Source: a virus (taxonomy: Duplodnaviria; Heunggongvirae; Uroviricota; Caudoviricetes). Taken from it: 64,000 nt of DNA. The stretch lies in IMG/VR virus record IMGVR_UViG_3300027777_000022; one strand, written 5' to 3'. Under the pieces are notes generated by a model. It was not told the DNA's origin and did no database searches. It worked only from the letters and a program-made list of their open reading frames with translations. Below are positions 9,376 to 18,398 of this stretch, in pieces. Every line of letters begins with the position of its first letter. Position 1 is the first letter of the stretch. The position numbers were made by a program, and so were the translations under genes.

Positions 9376-9915
9376 ATTCATATGTAGCGCCACCAATGCT
9401 GCATAACCAATGGAATGTGCTTTTTTAAACGTGTAACCTCTGCTGAGATCACCATCCCACACTGAGTCAAACACTACGGGCCAAGGCTGATTCTGCAAAT
9501 GTGCTTTGCCCGGACGTATCACACTAATAAATGCTGCCATTCTAGGAATTGAATCTGGTCGCATACTCTTTAGCAATGCTTGATAGTTGCCTATGTGTAT
9601 CAGTTTACTAGCCCAGTCTGGCTCCTGCCATAGTCTATCCCAAGGTGGTGTGGCTGCTAACATCTGTTCATAATGTGCAGGGTCACGAATCAAGTTGTAC
9701 ACACTCATGTTCAACAAGTCAATTTTGAAATAACCACGGGCTTCGGCTGTTTCGTAATCAATGGCTGCGCAACCTACAACAGGATCACGTGGTATGTCTG
9801 TAATGTAGATTCCTGAGTTGTGTTTTTTGCCATTGCTTTGCCGTGCCACTGTGTGCTGGATCAATGCCAGCACAGCATCTCTATTGGGCACGTCGATGTC
9901 AATGTCTGCGCTCAT
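9355..9915 (-). CDS. Miniature DNA polymerase III alpha (DnaE/family C) catalytic-core fragment
   Basis: ADIDID, KHNSGIY, GYFKIDLL, IRPG, YTFKKAHSIGYA match DnaE PDxDxD, HAxG, KxDFLG, RPG, YxFNKSH in order. Confidence 0.8.
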   Translation of the reverse strand: MSADIDIDVPNRDAVLALIQHTVARQSNGKKHNSGIYITDIPRDPVVGCAAIDYETAEARGYFKIDLLNMSVYNLIRDPAHYEQMLAATPPWDRLWQEPDWASKLIHIGNYQALLKSMRPDSIPRMAAFISVIRPGKAHLQNQPWPVVFDSVWDGDLSRGYTFKKAHSIGYAALVALHMNLLNSPH

Positions 9916-10262
9916 ATCTTTACCAATGCTGCTGTCATACGCAGTTGTTCCTCAGCTTTGTCCACAGCATCCACTAGATCGGCGATTGCTGGATGTTGTG
10001 CAGCCAATGCTTGTATTTCTTTTTCTTGTTGCATTTTCTTTGCAGCCCATTCTAATACAATGGCATACTCGGGTTTGAGCATCACTGTTGCATAGCTGGT
10101 ATTCATAGGCATCCATCTTGACCCGTCAAATGTTTCCATAACATTGCCGTTGATACGTATCATACCTTGTATGGGATTGTTTGTATTTTGTGTTACATAC
10201 GGTACCGCAATGTCGCCACCATTGACAACTATGTACGAGTCACCTTGTAAACCTTTGATCAT
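9912..10262 (-). CDS. Hypothetical protein
   Basis: 116-aa ORF, overlaps the next gene by ATGA. Confidence 0.75.
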   Translation of the reverse strand: MIKGLQGDSYIVVNGGDIAVPYVTQNTNNPIQGMIRINGNVMETFDGSRWMPMNTSYATVMLKPEYAIVLEWAAKKMQQEKEIQALAAQHPAIADLVDAVDKAEEQLRMTAALVKI

Positions 10263-10263
10263 A

Positions 10264-10956
10264 TTACCATCCTGCTTTTGTTAAAATTTCTTTTGCATAC
10301 GCTTGATCCTCGGGGTGATCAGCAAACTTCTTTTGCCAGATGTCCGAATCAATGTAAGGCCATATCATAGCCACTTGTTCTGCATTGAGTTCACTCAAGA
10401 ACTTCTGTCCGGACTCACTATTGTAAATCACCCAAGCACTGATCCTACCTGTGGTGATTGCATAGCAATTGGCATTTGCACTGCCATAGCGTAAACAATC
10501 ATGCGCCGGTGCATGTTGTTTTTCGCTCCAGTTCATACCGTGTTCGATTGCACGAGACAACGCATCATCCACAGCTTCTCGACGCACATACTCCACAAGA
10601 TACTCTGTGTATAGTTTATCACTACACCAGTTGTCAATCTTCTTGTTGTTCTTCAACAACCATTCTATGAAACGAACAGGGTTGATTACTCGAACATCTA
10701 CACAATATCGACCCCATTTGACAAATGCACGATAGTAAGGTGATGTGGCAAAGTCATCCCAAGTCTTGGCTTTGGCCGATCCTTGGGTGTATTCGTAGAA
10801 CTTCAAGTAGCCTTGCAGGCCCAATTGCACGCCACGTTCCGAAGATTCTTGATAGCGTTTCTTCTGTTCGCACACATGCACACTCAGACTAGATTCCTTG
10901 CTGAATGATCGATTGCAATACTTACATGTGAAATTACTTGAGGTCGCCATGGTCAC
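10264..10956 (-). CDS. Hypothetical protein with N-terminal C2H2/C2HC-type zinc finger
   Basis: FTCKYCNRSFSKESSLSVHVC. Confidence 0.7.
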   Translation of the reverse strand: MTMATSSNFTCKYCNRSFSKESSLSVHVCEQKKRYQESSERGVQLGLQGYLKFYEYTQGSAKAKTWDDFATSPYYRAFVKWGRYCVDVRVINPVRFIEWLLKNNKKIDNWCSDKLYTEYLVEYVRREAVDDALSRAIEHGMNWSEKQHAPAHDCLRYGSANANCYAITTGRISAWVIYNSESGQKFLSELNAEQVAMIWPYIDSDIWQKKFADHPEDQAYAKEILTKAGW

Positions 10957-11374
10957 GTATGAGTTGTGTGACTTCTTTTTTGGTGGTCATTGTGGCCATC
11001 AAATCAATTTCATCTTCTTTGAAATGCGGATATAACTCACGCAATTGTTTCTTTATGGCCAAATCTCCAGCTTCTTTCTTCTTGAGTGAAATCCAATCAT
11101 GCCGCGGAGTGCCCATTCCTGGGCTAGCTGCTGTGGCCATAAGCCATTGCAGTTTAGGATGCTTGTGCATGGTAAAGAAGTGTTTGTTGAGATAATGATT
11201 TACGCTTTGTACATAGTATTCTTGCAGTTCTTGGCTACCACTCACTGTGCTGCCCCAACGTACCATAAGGAATGTTGAAAACTTCTTGCGTTCCTCAATT
11301 GTAAGCTCATCGTAGAATGCTCGATTCTTTGCGTCCATTTGCCGCATTTCATTGATGATGTTTAGTTTATCCAT
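10934..11374 (-). CDS. Putative clamp-loader small subunit (T4 gp62-like)
   Basis: Size and pattern KKFSTFLMVRW...N.....HPKLQW...WI..KK...LRELYP resemble gp62 homologues; lies in the replication module. Confidence 0.6.
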   Translation of the reverse strand: MDKLNIINEMRQMDAKNRAFYDELTIEERKKFSTFLMVRWGSTVSGSQELQEYYVQSVNHYLNKHFFTMHKHPKLQWLMATAASPGMGTPRHDWISLKKKEAGDLAIKKQLRELYPHFKEDEIDLMATMTTKKEVTQLIRDHGDLK

Positions 11375-11613
11375 TATTTTGTGTTGGTCAAGTGATAGAT
11401 CATTATAGCACGTTCTAGGGCATCTTGTAAAGCAGGATTGGTTTCGGCTGCTCGGCGGATATCACCCCACAGTTTTGATTCCATAATGTGTTCGTGTAGC
11501 GGTCTGCCATCATGTGTTCTAGCATCCGGAATCTTGACTAACTCACGATAATCTGATCCTGGCTCACGAGAGTACACAGTATTACCACCATCAGGACTTT
11601 CGAACACTGGCAT
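11374..11613 (-). CDS. Hypothetical protein
   Basis: 79 aa, FESPDGGNTVYSRE motif; stop overlaps next start. Confidence 0.75.
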   Translation of the reverse strand: MPVFESPDGGNTVYSREPGSDYRELVKIPDARTHDGRPLHEHIMESKLWGDIRRAAETNPALQDALERAIMIYHLTNTK

Positions 11614-11617
11614 TGAG

Positions 11618-12430
11618 TTAGTTCAATACAATCATGGCATCTTTGAAATCCAAAGTTGCTCCATTCAGACGCCATTGTTTGGCAACCACTCGATGCGACC
11701 AATACTGCGAATCATTTGCAACTTCTGCGCCTTCTGTGATAACGTTTTTGTTTTCAAAAGTGGTGCCGAGTTTGTCATGTTCAACCAACATTGGAAAATT
11801 ATAGATGCCAGCGGCTTGCAGGTACAAGAGATTTTCAATGATAGGGCCATACTGATCTCCATAAAGATCAATCAAATCAAGGTTGTAGGTGTTGTATCCA
11901 ATACAGGTTCTATCCAATAGAAGTTTAACATAGGAGCGACGGAACAAAGAATATGCTCCCCACCAGCGGCCACGGGTGAGCTTGATTGCCAAGTTTGGGT
12001 CGCCGTCTGGATTGCAGAAAGGCATTTGTACCTTGGTCAGCTGTACTCCATTCCACCCTTCAGGAAGATGTTGTACAAAATCATCCCAGGTAAAATTCCA
12101 ATGTTCTATGCTTTCAAAACTCACATCGTCTTCACAGAAAATGGCATACTCTTCGTCAGTTGACACGTACCAATTTCTCAACAGATTTAAATGAGAAATT
12201 ATAGTGCCCATCTGAATCTCAACTTCTTTCATGAATCTACCTGATCCAGTGACATTTATCATGGAGGAAATTTTATTAAATCGTTCAGTGAGATACACGT
12301 TTGTTTTTGTAATGCCATAACGATCAAATTGATCTTGCATGAATTTTCTACGGTCCGTACTTTCATGCAAGCTGATGTAATTGACCGAGGGAAAGTTTTT
12401 GAGTTTTTCTTCAATGGTTAATTCTGTCAT
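11618..12430 (-). CDS. Glycosyltransferase family 25-like
   Basis: YISLHESTDRR, SHL..L, AIFCEDD. Confidence 0.8.
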   Translation of the reverse strand: MTELTIEEKLKNFPSVNYISLHESTDRRKFMQDQFDRYGITKTNVYLTERFNKISSMINVTGSGRFMKEVEIQMGTIISHLNLLRNWYVSTDEEYAIFCEDDVSFESIEHWNFTWDDFVQHLPEGWNGVQLTKVQMPFCNPDGDPNLAIKLTRGRWWGAYSLFRRSYVKLLLDRTCIGYNTYNLDLIDLYGDQYGPIIENLLYLQAAGIYNFPMLVEHDKLGTTFENKNVITEGAEVANDSQYWSHRVVAKQWRLNGATLDFKDAMIVLN

Positions 12431-12433
12431 GAT

Positions 12434-12934
12434 TTACCAAGCCTTATTATAGTCCACAATCTCACAGTTACGACTGATGTCTTTGACAAAATACACACAG
12501 TCTGGTTGCGGTGCATCATTGATAGGCACACACAACATCTGCCCATTTTTAAGTTTGGGTGCATACCATGCTACTTCTTGATACACATCCACAATTTCTA
12601 TAGGCGGAAAACTTGGGCAGAAACTGGAGAGTGGATTGAATTGGAACAGTTTAAATCCACGGTCGTTAATGCTAGTTAGTGGTAGCATTTCTAAATCTCC
12701 TGTGTCGGGCTCTCCAATCAACACTTGCCAATCCATGGGCATTTTGATTCTGGCATCACCTATTTGTAACACCAATGCAGGTGCATTAAAACTTTCAAGG
12801 AAAATTAAAGGTATGTAGTGATAGTCAGGATTAACCGGGTCTGAATTGTCTAGTATGGCAAATCTCATATCATCTACTTCTTCGGGCAAATGATCAAGAT
12901 CGTAGGGTTTGTTGTCAAGAGTTAAGATACGCAT
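12434..12934 (-). CDS. Hypothetical phage protein
   Basis: 166-aa ORF with own sigma70-like promoter. Confidence 0.75.
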   Translation of the reverse strand: MRILTLDNKPYDLDHLPEEVDDMRFAILDNSDPVNPDYHYIPLIFLESFNAPALVLQIGDARIKMPMDWQVLIGEPDTGDLEMLPLTSINDRGFKLFQFNPLSSFCPSFPPIEIVDVYQEVAWYAPKLKNGQMLCVPINDAPQPDCVYFVKDISRNCEIVDYNKAW

Positions 12935-12940
12935 GAATTT

Positions 12941-12969
12941 ATTATATATGTTTTATCAGTCAAAGTCAA
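12941..12969 (-). promoter_or_regulatory. Sigma70-type promoter (leaderless)
   Basis: TTGACT-N17-TATAAT, 6 nt before ATG at 12934. Confidence 0.8.
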
Positions 12970-13582
12970 CCGTTGTGAGTATGTGCCGAACTTCTGTAGC
13001 CATTCGATTCTGCCACACAGGATCATCAGTATGATATCCTGGACTTATTTTGAATTCAGGATGTCCATTTAAGTTACTGCACTCTCGTGATCTAAATTCA
13101 CTCACGATTGATTCTATCAATGGCACCAGCGGAGCACCAGGCGCACCGTACAATCCATTCCAATTAAAAGCGTATGGTAATCGTCGACGCTCACATTCCT
13201 GGAACATGCATCTGGCCATCACACAAGATTTAAAAAGATTCATCTGATCGCATGTGGTGGCACGAAATAGATCCACTGCTAATCGTTGATCGTTGTTCAG
13301 CTGAATATTTCCACTGCTGTACCATATTCTGTTATAGTAGTCCTGGCCTGGCGGAATTAAAAATTCAATCCGGTCGGGCATGGTGAACCCCATGACCACT
13401 GCGTCCGGTTCGAGTTTTAATCCTTGAAAGAACTGATATGCAATTATTCCATTACTGCTGCCTGATATGCTACGCATGATAATTTCATATTCGGGCAACA
13501 TTTCACTCCAGTGTTGCCCGGGAAAATCAGGGTCAGGGTGCATAAAACTATCGCCTATCACTAATAATTTCTTCATTGCCAT
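12956..13582 (-). CDS. SGNH hydrolase-like protein
   Basis: VIGDSFM, SISGSSN, C-terminal PGYH. Confidence 0.6.
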   Translation of the reverse strand: MAMKKLLVIGDSFMHPDPDFPGQHWSEMLPEYEIIMRSISGSSNGIIAYQFFQGLKLEPDAVVMGFTMPDRIEFLIPPGQDYYNRIWYSSGNIQLNNDQRLAVDLFRATTCDQMNLFKSCVMARCMFQECERRRLPYAFNWNGLYGAPGAPLVPLIESIVSEFRSRECSNLNGHPEFKISPGYHTDDPVWQNRMATEVRHILTTVDFD

Positions 13583-15033
13583 GTTAATTTTTCCTGAGTG
13601 TACGGATAGTTAGCTTCATTGTAAAAGGTCTTGCGTTTAGTCAGGTGTCGCTTGCTGAATTTGCAGGTTGAAGTTACATCCCAGATCTGCACATGATCTT
13701 TGTCTTCGGCCTTGCGTATGCCACGCCCGATTGATTGGATAACTCGAGTAAAACTTTTGCCCGATTCAATCATTACCAAGTTAAAGATACGTGGTATATT
13801 AATCCCCACTGCTGCTACACCGTATGTGGCCACAATGATCTTGTCTGTGCTGATGGCAACTTCATCATATTCATCCTGTCGGGCTTTGGCCTTGGTAGCG
13901 CCTGACACAAACACAGCACGATCGCCTAGCCTTGCAACCAACTCATGTCCTGGTGCCACACGATCTACTAGCACCAGAGTGTTACCAGTTTCATTGACTT
14001 GCAACACCAACTGTGCGATGGCATCCAGGCGACCCGATTCTTCTAATAGATATTTTAATTCTTGTTGGTAAGTTTTGTGTTCCACAGTGTCTACCATTTG
14101 CACCACATTCACATGACATTGTGCCAACACACCGCGATCCTGTAATTCACTGGCAGCAAGTCTGGATATCACAGGCCCTAGGCTCACCAACAGGCTTTGG
14201 CTTTCAAACAGCTCTTTTGGGATGGTTCCGGTCAGCCCCCAGCGAATTGGCACTTGGGCCATTACACCAGTCAGCAGAGTTTTTAATGCATCTGCTTTGG
14301 CCATGTGTACTTCGTCTACTATAACGCATACAACGTCATTTAAGAATTCCTGGATGGTGCAATCACCCACACCATTCTTTGTGTTCTTTAACAAGTTATT
14401 TAGACTCTGCCAAGTGCAAATGGTGTGATGTCTACCGTATTCTTTTCTGTCGCCGAAATAAACACCCACATCTAATTCCATGTTCTTGTAGTCTTTTTCT
14501 GTTTGTGTAACAAGACTTTTGTTGGGTACGATAACAATACTGCGCCCGTATGCACTAACAGCATTGCTCAGTGCTGCTGTCATGATGGTCTTGCCCGCAC
14601 CCGTGGCCACTTCCTGCAAGCATTGTGGATTGGTCAAGAAGTTATTCACAATTTCCACCTGATAATCACGCAACAAGATGGGTTTACCCTCGGCAGGATG
14701 TCCCGGCGGCCATTTGCGATCCTGATATGTGGTTTCTGTCACTTGATCAAATGCAAATGTGGTAGAATACTCGCGCTGATCATCCAGTTCAATATTGTAG
14801 TTTTGTCTTTCCAATATGGGAATGATCTCGGGCAAGAGATTCACATAAGTGCTGCCGCCCAGTTGGAAATAAGCCACCTTGCCATCCCAGCGGCCCAGTC
14901 GCACTGCCGGAAGATACCGGGCGTAGGGAACATCATATTTGAATTTCTTCACTAGATCTCGGCGAGTGTCAAGATCCAGTCCTTCAATCTTTATGTTGAC
15001 TTCATCCTTAATAACTATGGTACATTGTTTCAT
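13573..15033 (-). CDS. uvsW: UvsW-like superfamily 2 helicase
   Basis: LRDYQ, ATGAGKT, DEVH, GLTGT, QSIGRGIR. Confidence 0.9.
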   Translation of the reverse strand: MKQCTIVIKDEVNIKIEGLDLDTRRDLVKKFKYDVPYARYLPAVRLGRWDGKVAYFQLGGSTYVNLLPEIIPILERQNYNIELDDQREYSTTFAFDQVTETTYQDRKWPPGHPAEGKPILLRDYQVEIVNNFLTNPQCLQEVATGAGKTIMTAALSNAVSAYGRSIVIVPNKSLVTQTEKDYKNMELDVGVYFGDRKEYGRHHTICTWQSLNNLLKNTKNGVGDCTIQEFLNDVVCVIVDEVHMAKADALKTLLTGVMAQVPIRWGLTGTIPKELFESQSLLVSLGPVISRLAASELQDRGVLAQCHVNVVQMVDTVEHKTYQQELKYLLEESGRLDAIAQLVLQVNETGNTLVLVDRVAPGHELVARLGDRAVFVSGATKAKARQDEYDEVAISTDKIIVATYGVAAVGINIPRIFNLVMIESGKSFTRVIQSIGRGIRKAEDKDHVQIWDVTSTCKFSKRHLTKRKTFYNEANYPYTQEKLTWQ

Positions 15034-15868
15034 TGAGTTTGTTTGTTAGTATTGGAGTCAGGTAGTCAGAGAAGATTTTTTGACTTTTATATCCTGGATG
15101 ACGATCATTGGGGTTGGCCTGATCAATGGACATTGACCAAAACGATTTGTATAAATTCAACCAGAGATCTGAGTTAATACCACCGTACATACGGTAATGT
15201 GTATGAATCATATTATACAACTTTTCTATTTCATTATCATTTCTGGTTTCTACTTGTAGTAAATCTTGTGTGTAGTTAGGCAAGGAAGATGGTGTTGTAA
15301 ATGGTGTGTAATCAAAGTATCCTGACGGAATGTCAAATAATGTATTAACAAAAAACAATTTAGATTTTCTGGATTCAATCTGAATCAATTTTAATATATT
15401 TATATATTTAATTAGATCAAGCAGTGCCCAATGATCGTTGGAAAATTTTCTTATTTGATCACCTATTTTACTTTGCCATTTTGCTGGTATGACAACGCCA
15501 GGGTTGATGTTGATATCCGTGGATGTTAAAGATGATAACATTGTGGATGTGGGGTAAGTTTCTAATCCTAGATTATAATTAAGTCTACCAATTGCGCTCC
15601 AGGCCACAATAACAATATCATAATGATCTTTAGTCAATGCACATGCAGTTTCGGTAAAGATCCATTGGTTGTTCTTACCAGTTACTGCAAGATTGGTAAC
15701 CTGTGGGACATCAAATACTTGATTGCACAATTGATTTACCCATAGATTAGAATCTGTAGTGTCAATTTTAAAAGGATCTGCTACAGTTGCATTTAATCCA
15801 TACCCTGCTGTCATGCTGCATCCTACTACTAAAATTTGCGTATGTTTATGCACAGTTGCTCTTTTCAT
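15008..15868 (-). CDS. SGNH hydrolase-like protein (AT-rich gene)
   Basis: VVGCSMTAG, NLAVTGKNN, DRHPG; start moved to ATG 15868 to fit the promoter. Confidence 0.6.
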   Translation of the reverse strand: MKRATVHKHTQILVVGCSMTAGYGLNATVADPFKIDTTDSNLWVNQLCNQVFDVPQVTNLAVTGKNNQWIFTETACALTKDHYDIVIVAWSAIGRLNYNLGLETYPTSTMLSSLTSTDININPGVVIPAKWQSKIGDQIRKFSNDHWALLDLIKYINILKLIQIESRKSKLFFVNTLFDIPSGYFDYTPFTTPSSLPNYTQDLLQVETRNDNEIEKLYNMIHTHYRMYGGINSDLWLNLYKSFWSMSIDQANPNDRHPGYKSQKIFSDYLTPILTNKLNETMYHSY

Positions 15869-15875
15869 AATGTAT

Positions 15876-15904
15876 ATAATAGCATACACACAAACAAAAG
15901 TCAA
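15876..15904 (-). promoter_or_regulatory. Sigma70-type promoter (leaderless)
   Basis: TTGACT-N17-TATTAT with extended TG, 7 nt before ATG at 15868. Confidence 0.7.
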
Positions 15905-15931
15905 AAAGACAGGTGCCATTTAAGCACCTGT
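15903..15931 (-). terminator. Rho-independent terminator
   Basis: ACAGGTGC-ttaaatg-GCACCTGT followed by CTTTTT on the minus strand. Confidence 0.75.
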
Positions 15932-15949
15932 TGTAAAAGAGTCGCTGGG

Positions 15950-16258
15950 CTAGAAAAACGTCTGCGACTCTGTTTGGGACAAGCCCAAAATCTCACATGG
16001 CACTGCGTTGAATTTGAAAACCAGCTTCGGCAGCTTCGTCAGCTTCGTACTCGGTATCAACTGCATACAAAAACAAATCACCATCCCAAATTTCGTACAT
16101 ACACATTCCTTAAAGATAAAAACCAAGGCCTTGGACATCGACCAGGCACTCATGAACAAACAGAACCAACCCATGAAATTGCTGTTGTTTTCAAAACTGA
16201 CCTTTGCAAGAAACGCATTACCCATCATCCAGATTATTTGTTCTAGAGCCAGATTCAT
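15950..16258 (-). CDS. Possible small membrane protein (3' half overlaps the 35-aa gene)
   Basis: MNLALEQIIWMMGNAFL...FMGWFCLFMSAW starts right after the previous stop; hydrophobic first ~50 aa. Confidence 0.4.
   Translation of the reverse strand: MNLALEQIIWMMGNAFLAKVSFENNSNFMGWFCLFMSAWSMSKALVFIFKECVCTKFGMVICFCMQLIPSTKLTKLPKLVFKFNAVPCEILGLSQTESQTFF
15993..16100 (-). CDS. Small acidic protein (35 aa), not in ORF track
   Basis: MYEIWDGDLFLYAVDTEYEADEAAEAGFQIQRSAM*, preceded by AAGGA RBS. Confidence 0.6.
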   Translation of the reverse strand: MYEIWDGDLFLYAVDTEYEADEAAEAGFQIQRSAM

Positions 16259-16259
16259 A

Positions 16260-16343
16260 TTACACCACAATCATTAATACAATGAACGCTGCCACCCATG
16301 GGTAGCCGCAATACAATGCTGCAATTACGGCTACCCAGGCCAT
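16260..16343 (-). CDS. 27-aa hydrophobic membrane peptide, not in ORF track
   Basis: MAWVAVIAALYCGYPWVAAFIVLMIVV*; TAATG overlap with the ATPase stop. Confidence 0.55.
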   Translation of the reverse strand: MAWVAVIAALYCGYPWVAAFIVLMIVV

Positions 16344-17365
16344 TATGCTGCCTTCATGCAAGTGGTTTCTGCCAGGCGCTTCCAGTTACCTTCGCTGAGT
16401 TTACGCAAGTCAGCAATCTTCAATGCCATACGCAAGCTCATTTCACGCAAGCGAGTCTGATTGGTTTCCATAAACTCAAAGATTGCATCTTGTGTCTCTG
16501 GTTCAAAGTCGTAACCTTCAAACAACACACCATCTTTGGCAATCTGCTTGATACGCAGGATCTTGTCACGCATGGTGTCCAAGGTCAAGTCCAAGTAGTG
16601 GCAGCGCGATTGCAGTGCATCCAAGTGATCCCGCAGCTTCTGCGATTTCATTGTTTCAAACTTCAAGTTGGTGATAAAGATCACTGAGCCTTTGAAGTCA
16701 AAGCTGTCTGGAATGCCTTCGCGACGCAGAGTGGAACTCTCACTCAACCAAGAAATCTTACGCTTCTTGCCAGAGTCCAGGGCACCTTTTAGCAAGTTCA
16801 GTGCCACGTCATCAACCAGGATTGAATCACAGTCATCAAACACCAGCACACAGTTTTCGTCGCTGTACTTGTAAAGAGTCTGATACAAGCCGATAGGAGT
16901 TGCTGAACCTTTGACAACTTCTGCACGGAGGCGCTTGCCTGCGATACGATCAAACAGTGTGGCTTTGTCAATTTCTTGCTCGACACCAAAGCTCTTGCCC
17001 ACACCAGGAGGGCCACTTACAATCATGGCACGGATGCTGCCGTCGATTGCAGCACGAGTCATTTCTGTGAGAATTTCAAAGCGCTCACGAATACGACCCA
17101 TTGCAGCTTCTTCAGTTTCAGCAGCAACAAAGGCAGTCACAGGCACTTCAGGTGTATGCACGGTATCACCATTTACCATCTCATAGTCAGTGATGGCATC
17201 AACACGAATGCGAACAGCAGCAGGACAGTTGGGAAAGTGTCCATCATTTTGCACTGTAACAAAGCCGCCTTTGGCACCAGTTTGAAAGCCGCTTACCAGT
17301 GTAAAGCTCTTGTTGTTAACAGACTTGCCGCGGTACTCGCCGCGAATAATACGAATTGCGCTCAT
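16343..17365 (-). CDS. AAA-family P-loop ATPase
   Basis: GPPGVGKS Walker A, LVFDDCD Walker B, IFITN sensor, ALQSR arginine finger. Confidence 0.85.
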   Translation of the reverse strand: MSAIRIIRGEYRGKSVNNKSFTLVSGFQTGAKGGFVTVQNDGHFPNCPAAVRIRVDAITDYEMVNGDTVHTPEVPVTAFVAAETEEAAMGRIRERFEILTEMTRAAIDGSIRAMIVSGPPGVGKSFGVEQEIDKATLFDRIAGKRLRAEVVKGSATPIGLYQTLYKYSDENCVLVFDDCDSILVDDVALNLLKGALDSGKKRKISWLSESSTLRREGIPDSFDFKGSVIFITNLKFETMKSQKLRDHLDALQSRCHYLDLTLDTMRDKILRIKQIAKDGVLFEGYDFEPETQDAIFEFMETNQTRLREMSLRMALKIADLRKLSEGNWKRLAETTCMKAA

Positions 17366-17384
17366 GGTTTCTAGCCCCGTTTTG

Positions 17385-17522
17385 TTAATATGCCACTATT
17401 GTAGCAGTTGTTGAAATACCGGTCAACTCCTTTTTGCAGGATTTTTCCAACTTTTTTTGCAAAAACTGTGGGCTTTTTGCCACATTGTTTAGCAGTTTTT
17501 CTGTTGGTATCTTTGTTGACAT
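17385..17522 (-). CDS. Possible 45-aa leaderless basic peptide
   Basis: MSTKIPTEKLLNNVAKSPQFLQKKLEK...; ATG 6 nt after TATAAT. Confidence 0.4.
   Translation of the reverse strand: MSTKIPTEKLLNNVAKSPQFLQKKLEKSCKKELTGISTTATIVAY
17398..17426 (-). promoter_or_regulatory. Sigma70-type early promoter of the AAA ATPase operon
   Basis: TTGACC-N17-TACAAT with extended TG; A-tracts upstream. Confidence 0.8.
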
Positions 17523-17528
17523 GTAGCT

Positions 17529-17557
17529 ATTATAGCCGATCATGCAATACTGGTCAA
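17529..17557 (-). promoter_or_regulatory. Sigma70-type early promoter (tandem with 17398-17426)
   Basis: TTGACC-N17-TATAAT. Confidence 0.8.
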
Positions 17558-17567
17558 CCGGGTTGGT

Positions 17568-18398
17568 TCAGCGCCAGTGTTGTTTTATTACAACATCGTT
17601 AGTTTCGTGCGGTTTTGGGTCTCCGTGGAACACCAACACACTATTGCCGGGTGCGAGTATGGTTCCGCGGCCAGGCCTGTGGTAAGTTCTATTGTCGAAG
17701 TTCATGCCGCCATCCAGTGCAGTCCATCTCCAACTTACCACTCGAGCAGGGTCCATGAATCGACGTTTTTCAGGAGCAATAACTGTGGTGAGATATTCTT
17801 GATCACCGCCGTGTTGGTATCTGCTGATTATTTTGTTGGCTCCGTTTTGTTCAAAGTTTTCCCACACATGCGCCCATTTGCGAGTATCCCAGTACATCAC
17901 AGATGAGTTCATGTTTTGCACATCTGCTTTCCATAACACTCTGAAATCTCGTATGGTCCAGAAATAAAATGGACTGAGATCCACCATCCAATCTATGTTG
18001 TCGACAATCACTGTGTCCAGGTCAAAGTACAGCAATTGTCCTTGATGGTGAGCAGGATTAAACATCTGCATTTTGTACCACCAGCTGCGTTTGCGGCCAC
18101 TGATACCTGACCATTCCACTAGATTGTGTCGGACCATGTGCAGCGGCACTGGTCTACTGGATTCGGTATACACATGCAATCTCACGCCACGTGTTAGATG
18201 GCGACTCAACATGCTGTGTAATCTTTCCACGTAAACCCAATCGTATCCATTACCATGGATAACACAGGCACAGTCCACAGGACCGGTAGGATCACTCTGT
18301 GGGATCATTTGTTTTTTTGCTCGATATGCTTCTCTCTCAGCACGATGCAGATCTTTTTCAGCTTGCGTGGGCACAATTATACCGGTGGGTTGTTCCAA
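17568..18398 (-). CDS. GT-A fold glycosyltransferase (GT8-like)
   Basis: WWYK, LYFDLD, NSSVM, GDQEY, VFHGDPKP. Confidence 0.8.
   Translation of the reverse strand: MEQPTGIIVPTQAEKDLHRAEREAYRAKKQMIPQSDPTGPVDCACVIHGNGYDWVYVERLHSMLSRHLTRGVRLHVYTESSRPVPLHMVRHNLVEWSGISGRKRSWWYKMQMFNPAHHQGQLLYFDLDTVIVDNIDWMVDLSPFYFWTIRDFRVLWKADVQNMNSSVMYWDTRKWAHVWENFEQNGANKIISRYQHGGDQEYLTTVIAPEKRRFMDPARVVSWRWTALDGGMNFDNRTYHRPGRGTILAPGNSVLVFHGDPKPHETNDVVIKQHWR

Noticed and set aside
11402-11432. TTTACA-N18-TATAAT inside the 79-aa gene
   Set aside because: Spacer and -35 deviate from the other promoters and it is intragenic; plausible but not supported enough to list
15836-16277. Plus-strand ORFs of 136 and 89 aa, and the CAGCTTCG x3 mini-repeat
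   Set aside because: Region is better explained by minus-strand micro-genes with SD and start/stop overlaps; the repeat encodes EADEAAEA
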